Shown piece by piece: positions 1 to 9,724 of a stretch of DNA of 64,000 bases. Numbering within the stretch: position 1 is the first letter of the stretch; each line of letters begins with the position of its first letter. The notes beneath the pieces are model-generated. The model saw nothing but the letters and a program-made list of their open reading frames with translations. It was not told the DNA's origin and made no database searches. Origin of the DNA: Alphaproteobacteria bacterium (GTDB lineage: Bacteria > Pseudomonadota > Alphaproteobacteria > MPNO01); assembly GCA_965248835.1 (NCBI GenBank), contig CBDFLJ010000002.1:1600001-1664000 (forward strand). Direction: 5' to 3'. The position numbers and the translations under genes were made by a program.

Positions 1-670
1 ACAGCTTTCCGGTGAGCTTGGGCGCACTCAGCCCCTTCATCCCGCGCTCCAGAATGAAGCCGCTGATCACGTCATCGTCGTCCTTCGCCCAGACGACGAA
101 CACGTCGGCGATCGGCGCGTTGGAGATCCACATCTTGGTGCCCTTGAGCACGTACCCGCCGTCGACCGACCGGGCGCGGGTCCTCATTCCGCCCGGATCG
201 GAGCCGTGGTCGGGCTCGGTCAGCCCGAAAGCGCCGACCCATTCGCCGGTCGCGAGCCTGGGCAGATATTTCTGGCGCTGCTCCTCGGTGCCGTAGTTGT
301 AGATCGGCCACATCACCAGCGAGGACTGCACCGACAGCGTCGAACGGTAGGAGGAATCGACGGCCTCGATTTCGCGCGCGATCAGCCCGTAGCAGACATA
401 GTTGGCACCGGCGCAGCCATAGCCATGGATGGTCGAGCCGAGGAAGCCGAGCGCGCCCAGTTCGTTGATGATCTCGCGGTCGAAGGACTCCTCGTTATAG
501 GCCTCGATGATCCGCGGCAGCAGCTTCTCCCGGGCATACTGGCGGGCGGTGTCGCGCGCGAGCCGCTCGTCCTCGCGGAGCTGGGTTTCGAACAGAAGCG
601 GGTCCTGCCAGTCGAACTTGGCCCATTTGCGTGGGGTATGCCCGCTCCCGGCCTCGACCTTCGTCGCCAT
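1..670 (-). CDS. gcdH: Glutaryl-CoA dehydrogenase (acyl-CoA dehydrogenase family), 5' part; runs off the left edge
   Basis: Manual translation from ATG at 670: [79 protein letters not shown], typical of GcdH. Absent from the ORF track because it has no stop in the window. Confidence 0.88.
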   Translation of the reverse strand, partial: MATKVEAGSGHTPRKWAKFDWQDPLLFETQLREDERLARDTARQYAREKLLPRIIEAYNEESFDREIINELGALGFLGSTIHGYGCAGANYVCYGLIAREIEAVDSSYRSTLSVQSSLVMWPIYNYGTEEQRQKYLPRLATGEWVGAFGLTEPDHGSDPGGMRTRARSVDGGYVLKGTKMWISNAPIADVFVVWAKDDDDVISGFILERGMKGLSAPKLTGKL

Positions 671-801
671 GGCTCTTGATCCTTCATTGTCCCAGCCCGG
701 TTTCTCGGCCGGACTATAGGCGAAAATACCGGGCGTGTGTATTGACGGCACCGGCGGAATTTGGCCAAACCTTGACCAGCGAACAATTGCCGGAGGCGGG
801 T

Positions 802-2208
802 ATGCCGCACACGCTGAGGTCTTTCCTCGAATCGATCGACAACCGAATGCTGCATATCCACGATCCCATCAGCCCGGAAAGCCAGGTCGGCTATCTGTGC
901 TCGGAGAGCCGGGGACCGCTGATGTTCCACAACCTGACCGGCTATCCCGGCTGGCGGCTGACCGACATCCTGATCAAGGACCGCGCCGGCCAGGCTGCAG
1001 CCTTCGGCCTCGACGACACCAACGAGGTCTGCCCCTACCTCGCCGGGCGAATGGCAAGCCGGCGCGGAAACTCGGTGATGGTGGACGACGGCCCGGTCAA
1101 GGATATCAAGATGCTGGGGGCGGACGTCAACCTCCACAAGCTGCCCATCCCGCAGCATTCCGTGGGCGACGGCGGGCGCTACCTGGGATCGGGCATCACT
1201 ATCACGAAAGACCCCGAAACCGGCATCCGCAACGAATCCATCATCCGGATGATGCTCACCGAAGACCCCCAGAAGGCGACCTTCTGGATGGCCGCACGAC
1301 ACAACTACGCCCATTATCTCAAATACATCGCCAAGGACGAGCCGATGCCGATGGCCTTCGCCATCGGGCTCCACCCGGTCTACGAGATCATGGCCAACTG
1401 GTCGGGCCGGCACGAGGACTTCGACGAGCTCGAATACGGCGCCGGCATCCTCGGCGAGGACATCGAGATGGTCCGCTGCGAGACCATCGATCTCGAGGTC
1501 CCGGCCCATGCCGAGCTGGTGATCGAGGGCATGGTCCACCCCCATGACCGCATCCCGGAAGGCCCGTTCGGCGAGTTCACCACCTTCGGCTCGGGCGCCG
1601 AGGGGCCGGCGCCGGTCTTCCAGATCACCGGGGTGACACACCGCAAGGACCCGATCTTCCGCCACATGCAGGCCACCTGGTTCACCGATCACCAGCCGCT
1701 GATCACCCTGCCGATGGAGGCGACCTACTACAACCGGCTGCGCGACACCCACGGCAACACCAACATCAAGGACGTCTTCGTGCCGCCCTGGGCGTCCCAG
1801 TTCATGATGATCATCCAGATGGAGGCGAAGTGGGACGGCCAGGCGCGCGATGTCCTGATGTCGGCGCTCACCGGACCCAACCTCCACGTCAAGGTCGCGG
1901 TCGCGGTCGATGAGGACGTCGACATCTACAACGCCGAGGACGTGCTGTGGGCGATCGCGTGCCGCACCAACCCGGCCGACCAGGTCCACATCATGCCGGG
2001 CTCCCGGCTGCACCCGCTCGACATCTCGATCCCCGAGATCGGCGACGACTACACCGTGATGCGGATCGGCGGGAAGATGGCCATCGACGCCACCAAGCCG
2101 CCGACCTGGCGGGCGGACGAACGCCGCAAGTTCGCCCGCGTCGACCCGATGGGCAAGAACGACCCGGCAATCGCCGACATCCTCCAACAGGTCCGCGCGG
2201 CGCGTTAG
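802..2208 (+). CDS. UbiD-family prFMN-dependent (de)carboxylase #1
   Basis: GGAGG RBS before ATG 802 ([10 protein letters not shown]). Motifs DGGRY, NESIIR, RH, DE, EGPFGE, VDEDVDI and KMAIDATKP. Confidence 0.92.
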   Translation: MPHTLRSFLESIDNRMLHIHDPISPESQVGYLCSESRGPLMFHNLTGYPGWRLTDILIKDRAGQAAAFGLDDTNEVCPYLAGRMASRRGNSVMVDDGPVKDIKMLGADVNLHKLPIPQHSVGDGGRYLGSGITITKDPETGIRNESIIRMMLTEDPQKATFWMAARHNYAHYLKYIAKDEPMPMAFAIGLHPVYEIMANWSGRHEDFDELEYGAGILGEDIEMVRCETIDLEVPAHAELVIEGMVHPHDRIPEGPFGEFTTFGSGAEGPAPVFQITGVTHRKDPIFRHMQATWFTDHQPLITLPMEATYYNRLRDTHGNTNIKDVFVPPWASQFMMIIQMEAKWDGQARDVLMSALTGPNLHVKVAVAVDEDVDIYNAEDVLWAIACRTNPADQVHIMPGSRLHPLDISIPEIGDDYTVMRIGGKMAIDATKPPTWRADERRKFARVDPMGKNDPAIADILQQVRAAR

Positions 2209-2242
2209 AACCGGTTGCGGCACGGCGTCGGAGCGACAGCGG

Positions 2243-3457
2243 ATGACCAGCGTCTTCGCCATGCCGCGCAACGAGATCGCATCGATCGGACTGATCGCCT
2301 CGGGGCACGGCTTCAGCCATTTCTACATGCTGGCTCTGCCGCCCCTGTTTCCGCTGATGCGCACCGATCTGGACGTCAACTGGACGGCGCTGGGCCTGAT
2401 CCTGACCGTCTACGCGGTCGCCACTGGTGTCGCCCAGCTTCCTGCCGGGATCCTGGTCGACCGGATCGGCGCCCGCCCGGTGCTGCTTGCCGGGCTCACG
2501 GTACAGGCCGCCGCCTTCACCCTGGTGGCGCTGTTTCCGGGCTATTGGGCGCTGCTGGTGCTGATGTTCGTCGCCGGATTGGGCAATGCGGTCTTCCATC
2601 CGGCCGATTACGCGATCCTTGCGGCCCGGGTCGAGTCGGACCGCCAAGGCCGCGCTTTCGGCATCCACATCTTCTCCGGCTATGCCGGTTGGGTCGTGGC
2701 GCCACCGGCGATGCTGTTCCTGACCTCGTTCTGGGACTGGCCGACGGCGTGCTCGATCGCCGGCGTGATCGGCCTGCTGTTCGTGGCCGTGGCCGCCCTG
2801 TTCCGCGATGCGCTGAGCGATACGGCGGTGCGGGGCATGGGCGGGGCCGAAGAGCGCGGGCCGAAGCCGTCGGCCGCAAGGACCACGCTTTCGGTGATCA
2901 CCGCGCCTGCAGTGCTGCTGTTCTTCCTGTTCTTTCTGGCGCTGGCGACCGGTACCGTGGGCATCATGAGCTTCGCGGTGGTTGCCCTGGTCGAGCTCTA
3001 CGGCGCCTCGCTGCAGATGGCCAATGCCCAGCTCACCGGCTATTTCACGGCAGCGGCAGTGGGCGTCCTGATCGGCGGGGTGATAGCCGACAAGGTGAAG
3101 GACCACGAAAAGCTCGCCGCGCTTTGCTTCGTCGCCTCGGCCCTGTTCCTCGGCGTGATCGCGCTCAAGATCATGCCGATCGCCTATGTCGCGATCCCGA
3201 TGGCGGCAAGCGCCTTCACGGTCGCGCTGGTCAGCCCCTCGCGCGACCTGATGGTGCGTAATATCTGCCCGCCGGGAACGATCGGCACGGTCTTCGGCTT
3301 CGTTACCACCGGGTTCTCGGTCGGGACGGCGGTCGGCCCGCCGGTCTTCGGCCTGTTCGCCGACATCGGCATGCCCGAGATGGTCTTCTGGCTATCGGGC
3401 CTGATCACCATGTTCTGTATCGTCTCGATCTACGCCGCCAAGGCGGCAGCGCGCTAG
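2243..3457 (+). CDS. MFS transporter (Fsr-like)
   Basis: About 12 hydrophobic segments; motif A GILVDRIGAR; GLGNAVFHP. Confidence 0.9.
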   Translation: MTSVFAMPRNEIASIGLIASGHGFSHFYMLALPPLFPLMRTDLDVNWTALGLILTVYAVATGVAQLPAGILVDRIGARPVLLAGLTVQAAAFTLVALFPGYWALLVLMFVAGLGNAVFHPADYAILAARVESDRQGRAFGIHIFSGYAGWVVAPPAMLFLTSFWDWPTACSIAGVIGLLFVAVAALFRDALSDTAVRGMGGAEERGPKPSAARTTLSVITAPAVLLFFLFFLALATGTVGIMSFAVVALVELYGASLQMANAQLTGYFTAAAVGVLIGGVIADKVKDHEKLAALCFVASALFLGVIALKIMPIAYVAIPMAASAFTVALVSPSRDLMVRNICPPGTIGTVFGFVTTGFSVGTAVGPPVFGLFADIGMPEMVFWLSGLITMFCIVSIYAAKAAAR

Positions 3458-3467
3458 GGGCGGCACC

Positions 3468-4421
3468 ATGAGAGGCCTCTGGCTGTGCGAGGGAAGACTG
3501 GCCTATCGCGAGGACATCCCCGCGCCCCGGCGCGCGCCCGGCGAGTGCATTGTCCGGGTCCGCCACGCCGGCATCTGCTCGACCGACATTGCGATGCTGG
3601 GCGGGCTCTACCCGTTCGAAGGCGTCCTGGGCCACGAGTTCGTCGGTATCGTCGAGGACGGACCCGATGCGCTCGCCGGCCGGCGGGTGGTGGGTGAGAT
3701 CAACGCGTGCTGCGGCGTCTGCGATTACTGCCGCGGCGCGCTGCGCAAGCATTGCCCCAACCGGACGGTGATCGGCATCCTCGGCCGCAACGGCGCGTTC
3801 GCAGAGCGGATCGTCCTGCCGGAGGAGAACCTGCACGTCGTTCCGGACTCGGTGCCCGACCGCGCGGCGGTGTTCACCGAGCCCTTGGCGGCCGCCCTCG
3901 ACATCCTCGAACGCGTCGAGATCGGCCCCGACGACCGGGTTCTGCTGGTCGGTGCCGGCAAGCTCGGCCAGCTCCTCGCCCGCGTCCTGGCGACCACCGG
4001 GTGTACCCTGGACATCATCGTGCGCAGCCCGTCCAAGGCCGCGCGGCTCGACGGCGTGGACGCGCGGCTGATCGCCGCCGAGGACATGACCGCGCAAGCC
4101 TACGACATCGCCGTCGAATGCACCGGCAACCAGGACGGGCTCCTGGCGGCCCTTGCCGGCCTGCGGCCGCAAGGCGCGCTGGTGATGAAAAGCACCTTTC
4201 CCGGCCTGATCGCCGTCGACGTCACCAAGATCGTGGTCGACGAGATCCGCCTGATCGGCTCGCGCTGCGGCCCCTACGACAAGGCGCTTGCCCTGCTCGA
4301 GGGGGGCAAGGTCGATCCGCAGGCCCTGGTCGATGCCACCTACCGGCTCGCGGACGGACTTGCGGGCATCGCCAGGACGCGGGAGCCGGGAACGCTCAAG
4401 GTGCTGCCGGATCTGGACTGA
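3468..4421 (+). CDS. Zn-dependent alcohol dehydrogenase (MDR family)
   Basis: GICSTD, GHE, structural-Zn CGVCDYC..C, EPLAAA, GAGKLG. Confidence 0.9.
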   Translation: MRGLWLCEGRLAYREDIPAPRRAPGECIVRVRHAGICSTDIAMLGGLYPFEGVLGHEFVGIVEDGPDALAGRRVVGEINACCGVCDYCRGALRKHCPNRTVIGILGRNGAFAERIVLPEENLHVVPDSVPDRAAVFTEPLAAALDILERVEIGPDDRVLLVGAGKLGQLLARVLATTGCTLDIIVRSPSKAARLDGVDARLIAAEDMTAQAYDIAVECTGNQDGLLAALAGLRPQGALVMKSTFPGLIAVDVTKIVVDEIRLIGSRCGPYDKALALLEGGKVDPQALVDATYRLADGLAGIARTREPGTLKVLPDLD

Positions 4422-4486
4422 CGGCCCGATCGACACTTGCCTGTTGCGAGAGCCGCGAGATCCTGGCCGCGGCGGCCGTCGAGGTC

Positions 4487-4513
4487 GTTGCTTTACGGTT
4501 GCTTTACGGTTGC
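4487..4513 (+). repeat. 11-bp tandem direct repeat GTTGCTTTACG x2 plus partial copy GTTGC
   Basis: Read directly at 4487-4497, 4498-4508 and 4509-4513, in the intergenic region upstream of nadC. Confidence 0.8.
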
Positions 4514-4530
4514 GGGCGGTTTGTGTACCA

Positions 4531-4542
4531 GGAACATGTTCC
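4531..4542. promoter_or_regulatory. Perfect 12-bp palindrome GGAACATGTTCC, candidate operator
   Basis: AT-rich palindrome about 35 nt upstream of the nadC ATG. Function is inferred only. Confidence 0.4.
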
Positions 4543-4576
4543 AAACACGCTGGACCGGAAAGCGGCGAGACGACCG

Positions 4577-5458
4577 ATGACAGCACGACCGGAGAACCTC
4601 GACATGCGGGCGTTGCTGCCGCCGGCCGAGGAGCGCCAGCGCCTGATCGCCCAATGGCTCGCCGAGGACATCGGGCGCGGCGACATCACGACCGATTTCC
4701 TGATCCCGGCCGATGCCACGGCGCGTTTCGTGATGAACACCCGTGACGATGTGGTGGTCTGCGGCATCGATCTGGCACTGGAGATCTTTCGCCACCATGT
4801 GCCGGACTGTGAGGCCGGAGTGTTGACGCCGGACGGGACGCGAGCCGCGCCGGGCACGGCGCTCGCCCGCGTCAAAGGGCCGGCGCGCGGGCTTCTGACG
4901 GCCGAACGCACGGCGCTGAACCTCCTCCAGCTCCTGACCGGCATCGCCACTCGGACGGCGGCGTACGCGCGGCTGGTCGAGGGGACGGGGGCGACCCTGA
5001 TCGACACACGCAAGACCATCCCGGGTTTCCGGGTGCTGTCGAAATACGCTTCCTGCGTGGGCGGTGCGCGCAACCACCGGATCCGGCTCGACGACGGGCT
5101 GCTGCTCAAGGACAACCACATCGCGGTGTGCGGCTCGATCTCTGCCGCCGTAGCGCAGGCCAAGGCGCTGACCCCGTCATTGACCAAGATCGAGATCGAG
5201 TGCGACACGCTCGAGCAGGTCGCGGAATCGGCGGCGGCGGGCGCCGATGTGATCCTGCTCGACAACATGGACGCGGCCATGATGCGCGAGGCCGTCAGGA
5301 TCATCGCCGGCCGCGCCGAGTGCGAGGCCTCGGGCGGGATAACGCTCGAGACCATCCGCGAGAAGGCGCAAAGCGGAGTCGACTTCATTTCCGTCGGACG
5401 CATGACCCAGTCTGCGCCGGCGGCCGATATCGGCCTCGACGTCTCGATCGATAGCTGA
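4577..5458 (+). CDS. nadC: Quinolinate phosphoribosyltransferase (nicotinate-nucleotide diphosphorylase, carboxylating)
   Basis: EDIGRGDITT, ERTALN, DTRKTIPG, NHRIRLDD, KDNH, EIECDT, LLDNM, EASGGI. The real start is ATG 4577 inside the longer ORF-track frame. Confidence 0.93.
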   Translation: MTARPENLDMRALLPPAEERQRLIAQWLAEDIGRGDITTDFLIPADATARFVMNTRDDVVVCGIDLALEIFRHHVPDCEAGVLTPDGTRAAPGTALARVKGPARGLLTAERTALNLLQLLTGIATRTAAYARLVEGTGATLIDTRKTIPGFRVLSKYASCVGGARNHRIRLDDGLLLKDNHIAVCGSISAAVAQAKALTPSLTKIEIECDTLEQVAESAAAGADVILLDNMDAAMMREAVRIIAGRAECEASGGITLETIREKAQSGVDFISVGRMTQSAPAADIGLDVSIDS

Positions 5459-5551
5459 GCGACAAAAGACACGCCCGGGGACGCTCTTTCCGGCGGTCGG
5501 GCATCGGGTGCCGGAGACCCTCGCCCGCCCGCGCCGGCGCGGGTTTCGAGA

Positions 5552-5580
5552 TTGTGGAAGGCCGGGCCGCGGCCTATAAA
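5552..5580 (+). promoter_or_regulatory. Putative sigma70 promoter for UbiD #2
   Basis: TTGTGG-N17-TATAAA, 35 nt upstream of ATG 5615. Confidence 0.5.
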
Positions 5581-5614
5581 AACTTCGATATCGCAACAAA
5601 TCGGGAGTACCGCG

Positions 5615-7138
5615 ATGGCCAAGACCCTGCGCGAGGAAGTGGACGCCGTGGAAGCGGCAGCCAGGCCCGGCAGCAACATCCGCGCCGTCCTGCCCTATGG
5701 CGATTTGCGCGAATGGCTGGCCGAGGCCGAGCGGCTGGGCGAGGTCACCGTCGTCAAGGGTCTGGAAAAGGAAGAAGAGATCGGCATGGCGGCCGAACTC
5801 GTGATGCATTCCGATGACGCCGACTGCATCGTCTTCGACGACATCAAGGGCCACGAGCCGGGCTATCGCGTGCTGGTCAACTTCTTCGGCGGCAAGCGCA
5901 AGAACATGACGCTCGGCTTCCCCACCGACCTCAGCAAGGTCGAGCTGTCGGAGGCCTATTACACCGCCCAGCTCAAGGACATGAAGCCGATCCCCCATCG
6001 CGTCGTCGAGCAGGGACCGGTCACCGAAAACGTCCTGGAAGGCGATGACATCGACGTGACGAAGTTCCCGGCGCCGCTCTGGCACCCCGATGACGGCGGG
6101 CACTATATCGGCACCGGCTCCTACGACGTCACCGTCGATCCCGACACCGGCTGGATGAATCTGGGCACCTACCGGGTGATGGTCCAGGACGCCAGGACGG
6201 TCGGCTATTACATCTCTCCCGGCAAGCACGGCCGGGTCCACCGCGACAAATACATCGCGCGCGGCGAGAAGATGCCGACGGTGATCGTGGTCGGCGGCGA
6301 TCCCATGACGTTCCTGACCGCCTGCACCGAGATGCCGCCGGGCGTGTGCGAATACGACATCGTCGGTGCCATGCGCGGCGAGCCGCTGAAGGTCATCAGG
6401 GGCCGCCACACCGGCATCCCCTTCCCGGCCGATGCCGAGATCGTGCTCGAAGGCTTCGTCGATCCCGAGGAGCGCCGCCCCGAAGGCCCGTTCGGCGAAT
6501 GGACCGGCTATTACGGCTCGGACATGCGCGACGAGCCGGTGATGCATCTCAGCGCGATCTATCACCGTGACAACCCGATCCTGCTCGGCTGCCCGCCCCA
6601 GCGGCCGCCGGACGAGATGTGCCGCTACCGCGCGGTCACCCGCTCGGCGATGCTGCGCGATGCGATCGAGAAGGCGGGTGTGCCCGATGTCGTCTCGGCC
6701 TGGGCGCACGAGGTCGGCAACTCGCGCATGCTGCTGGCGGTCTCGATCAAGCAGCGCTATCCGGGCCATGCCAAACAGGCCGGCCATTGCGCGGCGATGT
6801 GCCACGTCGGCGCTTACGCCGGAAAGTACGTGATCGTCACCGACGAAGACATCGACATTTCCAACCTCGAGGAGCTGACCTGGGCGATGATCACCCGGTC
6901 CGATCCGGCGACCTCGATCGACATCATCAAGGACGCCTGGTCGACCCCGCTCGACCCGCGCATCCCGCCTTGGGAGAAATCGGCGGGCAACATGACCAAT
7001 AGCCGCGCCATCATCGATGCCTGCCGTCCGTTCCACTGGAAGGACGACTTCCCGATGGTCAACGCTCCCTCCCAGGAGGTCGCGCGCAAGGCCAGGGAGA
7101 AGTTCGGCTACCTGTTGGACGGCAAGGACGCACCGTAA
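5615..7138 (+). CDS. UbiD-family prFMN-dependent (de)carboxylase #2
   Basis: GGGAG RBS; DLREWL, DGGHYIGT, NLGTYR, PGKHG, EGPFGEWTGYY, TDEDIDI, IIDACRP. Confidence 0.93.
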   Translation: MAKTLREEVDAVEAAARPGSNIRAVLPYGDLREWLAEAERLGEVTVVKGLEKEEEIGMAAELVMHSDDADCIVFDDIKGHEPGYRVLVNFFGGKRKNMTLGFPTDLSKVELSEAYYTAQLKDMKPIPHRVVEQGPVTENVLEGDDIDVTKFPAPLWHPDDGGHYIGTGSYDVTVDPDTGWMNLGTYRVMVQDARTVGYYISPGKHGRVHRDKYIARGEKMPTVIVVGGDPMTFLTACTEMPPGVCEYDIVGAMRGEPLKVIRGRHTGIPFPADAEIVLEGFVDPEERRPEGPFGEWTGYYGSDMRDEPVMHLSAIYHRDNPILLGCPPQRPPDEMCRYRAVTRSAMLRDAIEKAGVPDVVSAWAHEVGNSRMLLAVSIKQRYPGHAKQAGHCAAMCHVGAYAGKYVIVTDEDIDISNLEELTWAMITRSDPATSIDIIKDAWSTPLDPRIPPWEKSAGNMTNSRAIIDACRPFHWKDDFPMVNAPSQEVARKAREKFGYLLDGKDAP

Positions 7139-7149
7139 CCGGATGCGCC

Positions 7150-7602
7150 CTAGCCGGTGAACAGCGCCGCGCCTTCGTCCTCGAGCATCGGGCCGGTGAC
7201 CGCGACATCCCTCTCGCCGCAGGCGAAGACGTCGCGGCAGTGGAGCTTGAGCATCGGCGGGCCGGCCTCGCGCACGGTGACCAGGCGCGCGTGCGACAGG
7301 CCGTAGACAAGCCGCGAGATGCCCGACCAGAACACGGCCGCGGCGCACATCGCACAGGGCTCGCAGCTCGTCACCAGGGTATAGCCGTCCAGCACCCCGA
7401 CGCCGTACTTGCGGCTCGCCTCGCGCACCAGGTTGGACTCGGCATGGCCGGTGCAATCACTGTCGGTGACGACCGTGTTCTCGCCTTCCATGACGATGTT
7501 GCCGTCGGGGTCGACCAGCACCGAGCCGAAAGGCGGATTGCCATTTCCCGCCGCCCGTTTCGCAGCCGCATACGCACGCCGCATCAGTTCTTCGTCGTTC
7601 AT
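7150..7602 (-). CDS. Nucleoside/nucleobase deaminase (cytidine deaminase superfamily; guanine/cytosine deaminase-like)
   Basis: MNDEELMRRA..NPPFGSVLV..HAE..EPCAMC Zn motifs. Confidence 0.9.
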   Translation of the reverse strand: MNDEELMRRAYAAAKRAAGNGNPPFGSVLVDPDGNIVMEGENTVVTDSDCTGHAESNLVREASRKYGVGVLDGYTLVTSCEPCAMCAAAVFWSGISRLVYGLSHARLVTVREAGPPMLKLHCRDVFACGERDVAVTGPMLEDEGAALFTG

Positions 7603-7692
7603 CCTGCCCTCCCGGTTCGGCCACGGCTTGCGCGCGGACCGCCCACAATCCGATACTGCCCTGCCAGCAACGCGTTTGCCATGGACCTCTGA

Positions 7693-8751
7693 ATGAAATT
7701 CGGCCTGTTCTACCTGCCCACCTACATGCCGGCGATCCGCGACGCCGGCACCCATTACGACAACATCATCGAGCAGATCCTCTATGCCGAGAAGATCGGC
7801 ATCGATTATGCCTGGCTGGTGGAGCACCATTTCGTCCGGCACGGCGGGCTGATGGCCGCGAACTACGCCTTCCTGTCCTACCTCGCCGGCAGGACCGAGC
7901 GAATCCGGCTCGGCACCGGCGCGACGGTCCTGCCGCTCAACGATCCGGTCCGGGTCGCCGAACAGGCAGCGACCCTGGACCACCTGTCGCGTGGCCGGTT
8001 CGACCTCGGGCTCGGGCGGGGGTTCATCCGGGACGAGTTCGACTCCTTCGGCGTGCCCATGTCGGAGAGCCGCGAGCGGCTGGAGGAAGGCGTTGCGCTG
8101 ATCAAGCAGGCCTGGGCAGCGCCGACGCTGGAATTTCCCGGCGGGTTCCGCCCGCCGATGACCGATTTGTCGATCCTGCCGCCGCCCTTCCAGAAACCCC
8201 ACCCGCCGATCTGGGTCGCGTGCCTGCTGTCGCCGGAGAGCTTCGCCTGGACGGCGCGGGAGGGCTACAACCTGCTCTATGTCGCCTATCACGTCGATCA
8301 TCCGGTCGCGGTCGAACGCATCGGCTGGTACCGCAACGCGCTGACCGCCGCCGGACGCCTCATCGAGGACCACGAGATCTGCTGCGTCTACCACGCCCAT
8401 TTCCTGGAAGCGGACGACGATGTGCGGCTGGAATCGATCGTCGACCAGCCGATGCAGGAATACGCCGCCGCCGGCCTGGAGGCCACGCGCAAGCCGGCCG
8501 ATGCCAAGGGCTACGAGGGCTATGAGCAGCGCGATGCAGGCCAGCGCCGCTTCGGCTTCGAGATGTATTTCCCCGGCCGCGTGCTGATGGGCGGCCCCGG
8601 CCAGGCGATCGCACGCATCAAGGAGCTCGAATCGGTCGGCATCACCCAGATCGGCCTGCTGATCGATTTCGGCTCACTGCCGCAGGCCGAGATCATGCGT
8701 TCGCTGGAAATCTTCGGCCGTGAGGTGCTGCCGGCGGTGCGCGACCTGTAG
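7693..8751 (+). CDS. Luciferase-like (LLM) flavin-dependent monooxygenase/oxidoreductase
   Basis: MKFGLF, EHHF, RTERIRLGT, AEQAATLDHLSRGRFDLGLGRG, QKPHPPIW. Confidence 0.9.
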   Translation: MKFGLFYLPTYMPAIRDAGTHYDNIIEQILYAEKIGIDYAWLVEHHFVRHGGLMAANYAFLSYLAGRTERIRLGTGATVLPLNDPVRVAEQAATLDHLSRGRFDLGLGRGFIRDEFDSFGVPMSESRERLEEGVALIKQAWAAPTLEFPGGFRPPMTDLSILPPPFQKPHPPIWVACLLSPESFAWTAREGYNLLYVAYHVDHPVAVERIGWYRNALTAAGRLIEDHEICCVYHAHFLEADDDVRLESIVDQPMQEYAAAGLEATRKPADAKGYEGYEQRDAGQRRFGFEMYFPGRVLMGGPGQAIARIKELESVGITQIGLLIDFGSLPQAEIMRSLEIFGREVLPAVRDL

Positions 8752-8787
8752 AGCCGACCGAGGTCAAGCTTGCGGCCGGCTACGGTC

Positions 8788-9168
8788 TCAGGACTTGGCC
8801 GGCCGGCTGGAAAACGTCGCGTCGTCGATGACGAAACGCCACAGGCCGTCGGCTTCCCTGGTCAGCACCTCGGCCGAGGAGCCCGACATGGCGACCGAGC
8901 CGTCCGGCGCGGTAAGCACCCAATCGGTGCGGACCAGCGCGGTATCGCCGTTCTCGTAGCTCGCCCCGCATGTCGTGGTGATGCTCACCGACCCGTCCAG
9001 CATCGGCGCCATCATCTCGCCGATCGCCGCCTTACCGACGGCCGAGGCCTCACCGTCGATCGTCAGCATCCCGCCGTCGGCATAAAGCGCCAGCAAACCG
9101 TCGAGATCCTGCGCATTGAAGAGCCTGCCGAACGTCTCCGGCATCTCCGCCGGTGCTTTCACACCCAT
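8788..9168 (-). CDS. NTF2/SnoaL-like (YybH/DUF4440) protein
   Basis: 126 aa; FNAQDLDGLLALY..EVLTREADGLWRFVIDD; GGAGG RBS. Confidence 0.8.
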   Translation of the reverse strand: MGVKAPAEMPETFGRLFNAQDLDGLLALYADGGMLTIDGEASAVGKAAIGEMMAPMLDGSVSITTTCGASYENGDTALVRTDWVLTAPDGSVAMSGSSAEVLTREADGLWRFVIDDATFSSRPAKS

Positions 9169-9249
9169 GATGGCCTCCTCCTGGTCTGATCTCTTGAACT
9201 ATCGATCGCTCGGACTACGCGCCAGGATAGCCCGACATCGCGGTCATGG

Positions 9250-9702
9250 TCAGCCCGGCGCCATGCCCTTTTTCTCGAGCTGCTCGACGGCGTTGGGCGT
9301 CTTTTCCAGACTATCCAGCCCCATGGCTTTCAGCACGTGGCCGGCCTTGGTGAACTGGATGTCGTCGTAGGGCACGACCTCGACGCGGTTGCCCCACGGA
9401 TCGCGGAAGTTGAGGCGGTCTCCGATCAGGGGCACGCCAAGCTTCTCGAGCGCCGAGCGGATCGGGCCGCGGTCGTCGACGACGAAGCCGAAATGACGCT
9501 TCTGGTCGGGCGCCCGGTCCGCGTTCTCGGTCAGTTGCAGGAACTGATCACCCATGTCGATGAAGACGTTGGTCTTGCCCTTGCCGCGCAGCTCGAAGTC
9601 GAAGATTGCGCCGTAGAACGCCAGTGCCTCCTCGATGTCGCCGACCTCCAACACGACGTGGTTGATGCCCAAGGCGCGGGCCTTGCCGGGTGTCCTGGCC
9701 AT
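9250..9702 (-). CDS. VOC/glyoxalase-family protein
   Basis: INHVVLEVGDIEEALAFY, RHFGF, FRDPWGNRVEV. Confidence 0.85.
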   Translation of the reverse strand: MARTPGKARALGINHVVLEVGDIEEALAFYGAIFDFELRGKGKTNVFIDMGDQFLQLTENADRAPDQKRHFGFVVDDRGPIRSALEKLGVPLIGDRLNFRDPWGNRVEVVPYDDIQFTKAGHVLKAMGLDSLEKTPNAVEQLEKKGMAPG

Positions 9703-9724
9703 ATCTCTACCCTCCCGATGCCGG

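Noticed and set aside
4532-4546. GAAC-N7-AAAC as an alphaproteobacterial LexA box
   Set aside because: One mismatch in a short motif and no SOS-type gene downstream; kept only as part of the repeat finding.
3707-5458. Apparent 583-aa NadC fusion and similar N-terminal extensions (50532-52478, 7150-8400, 9531-10670)
   Set aside because: The extensions overlap neighbouring real genes in another frame; internal starts give normal-sized proteins.
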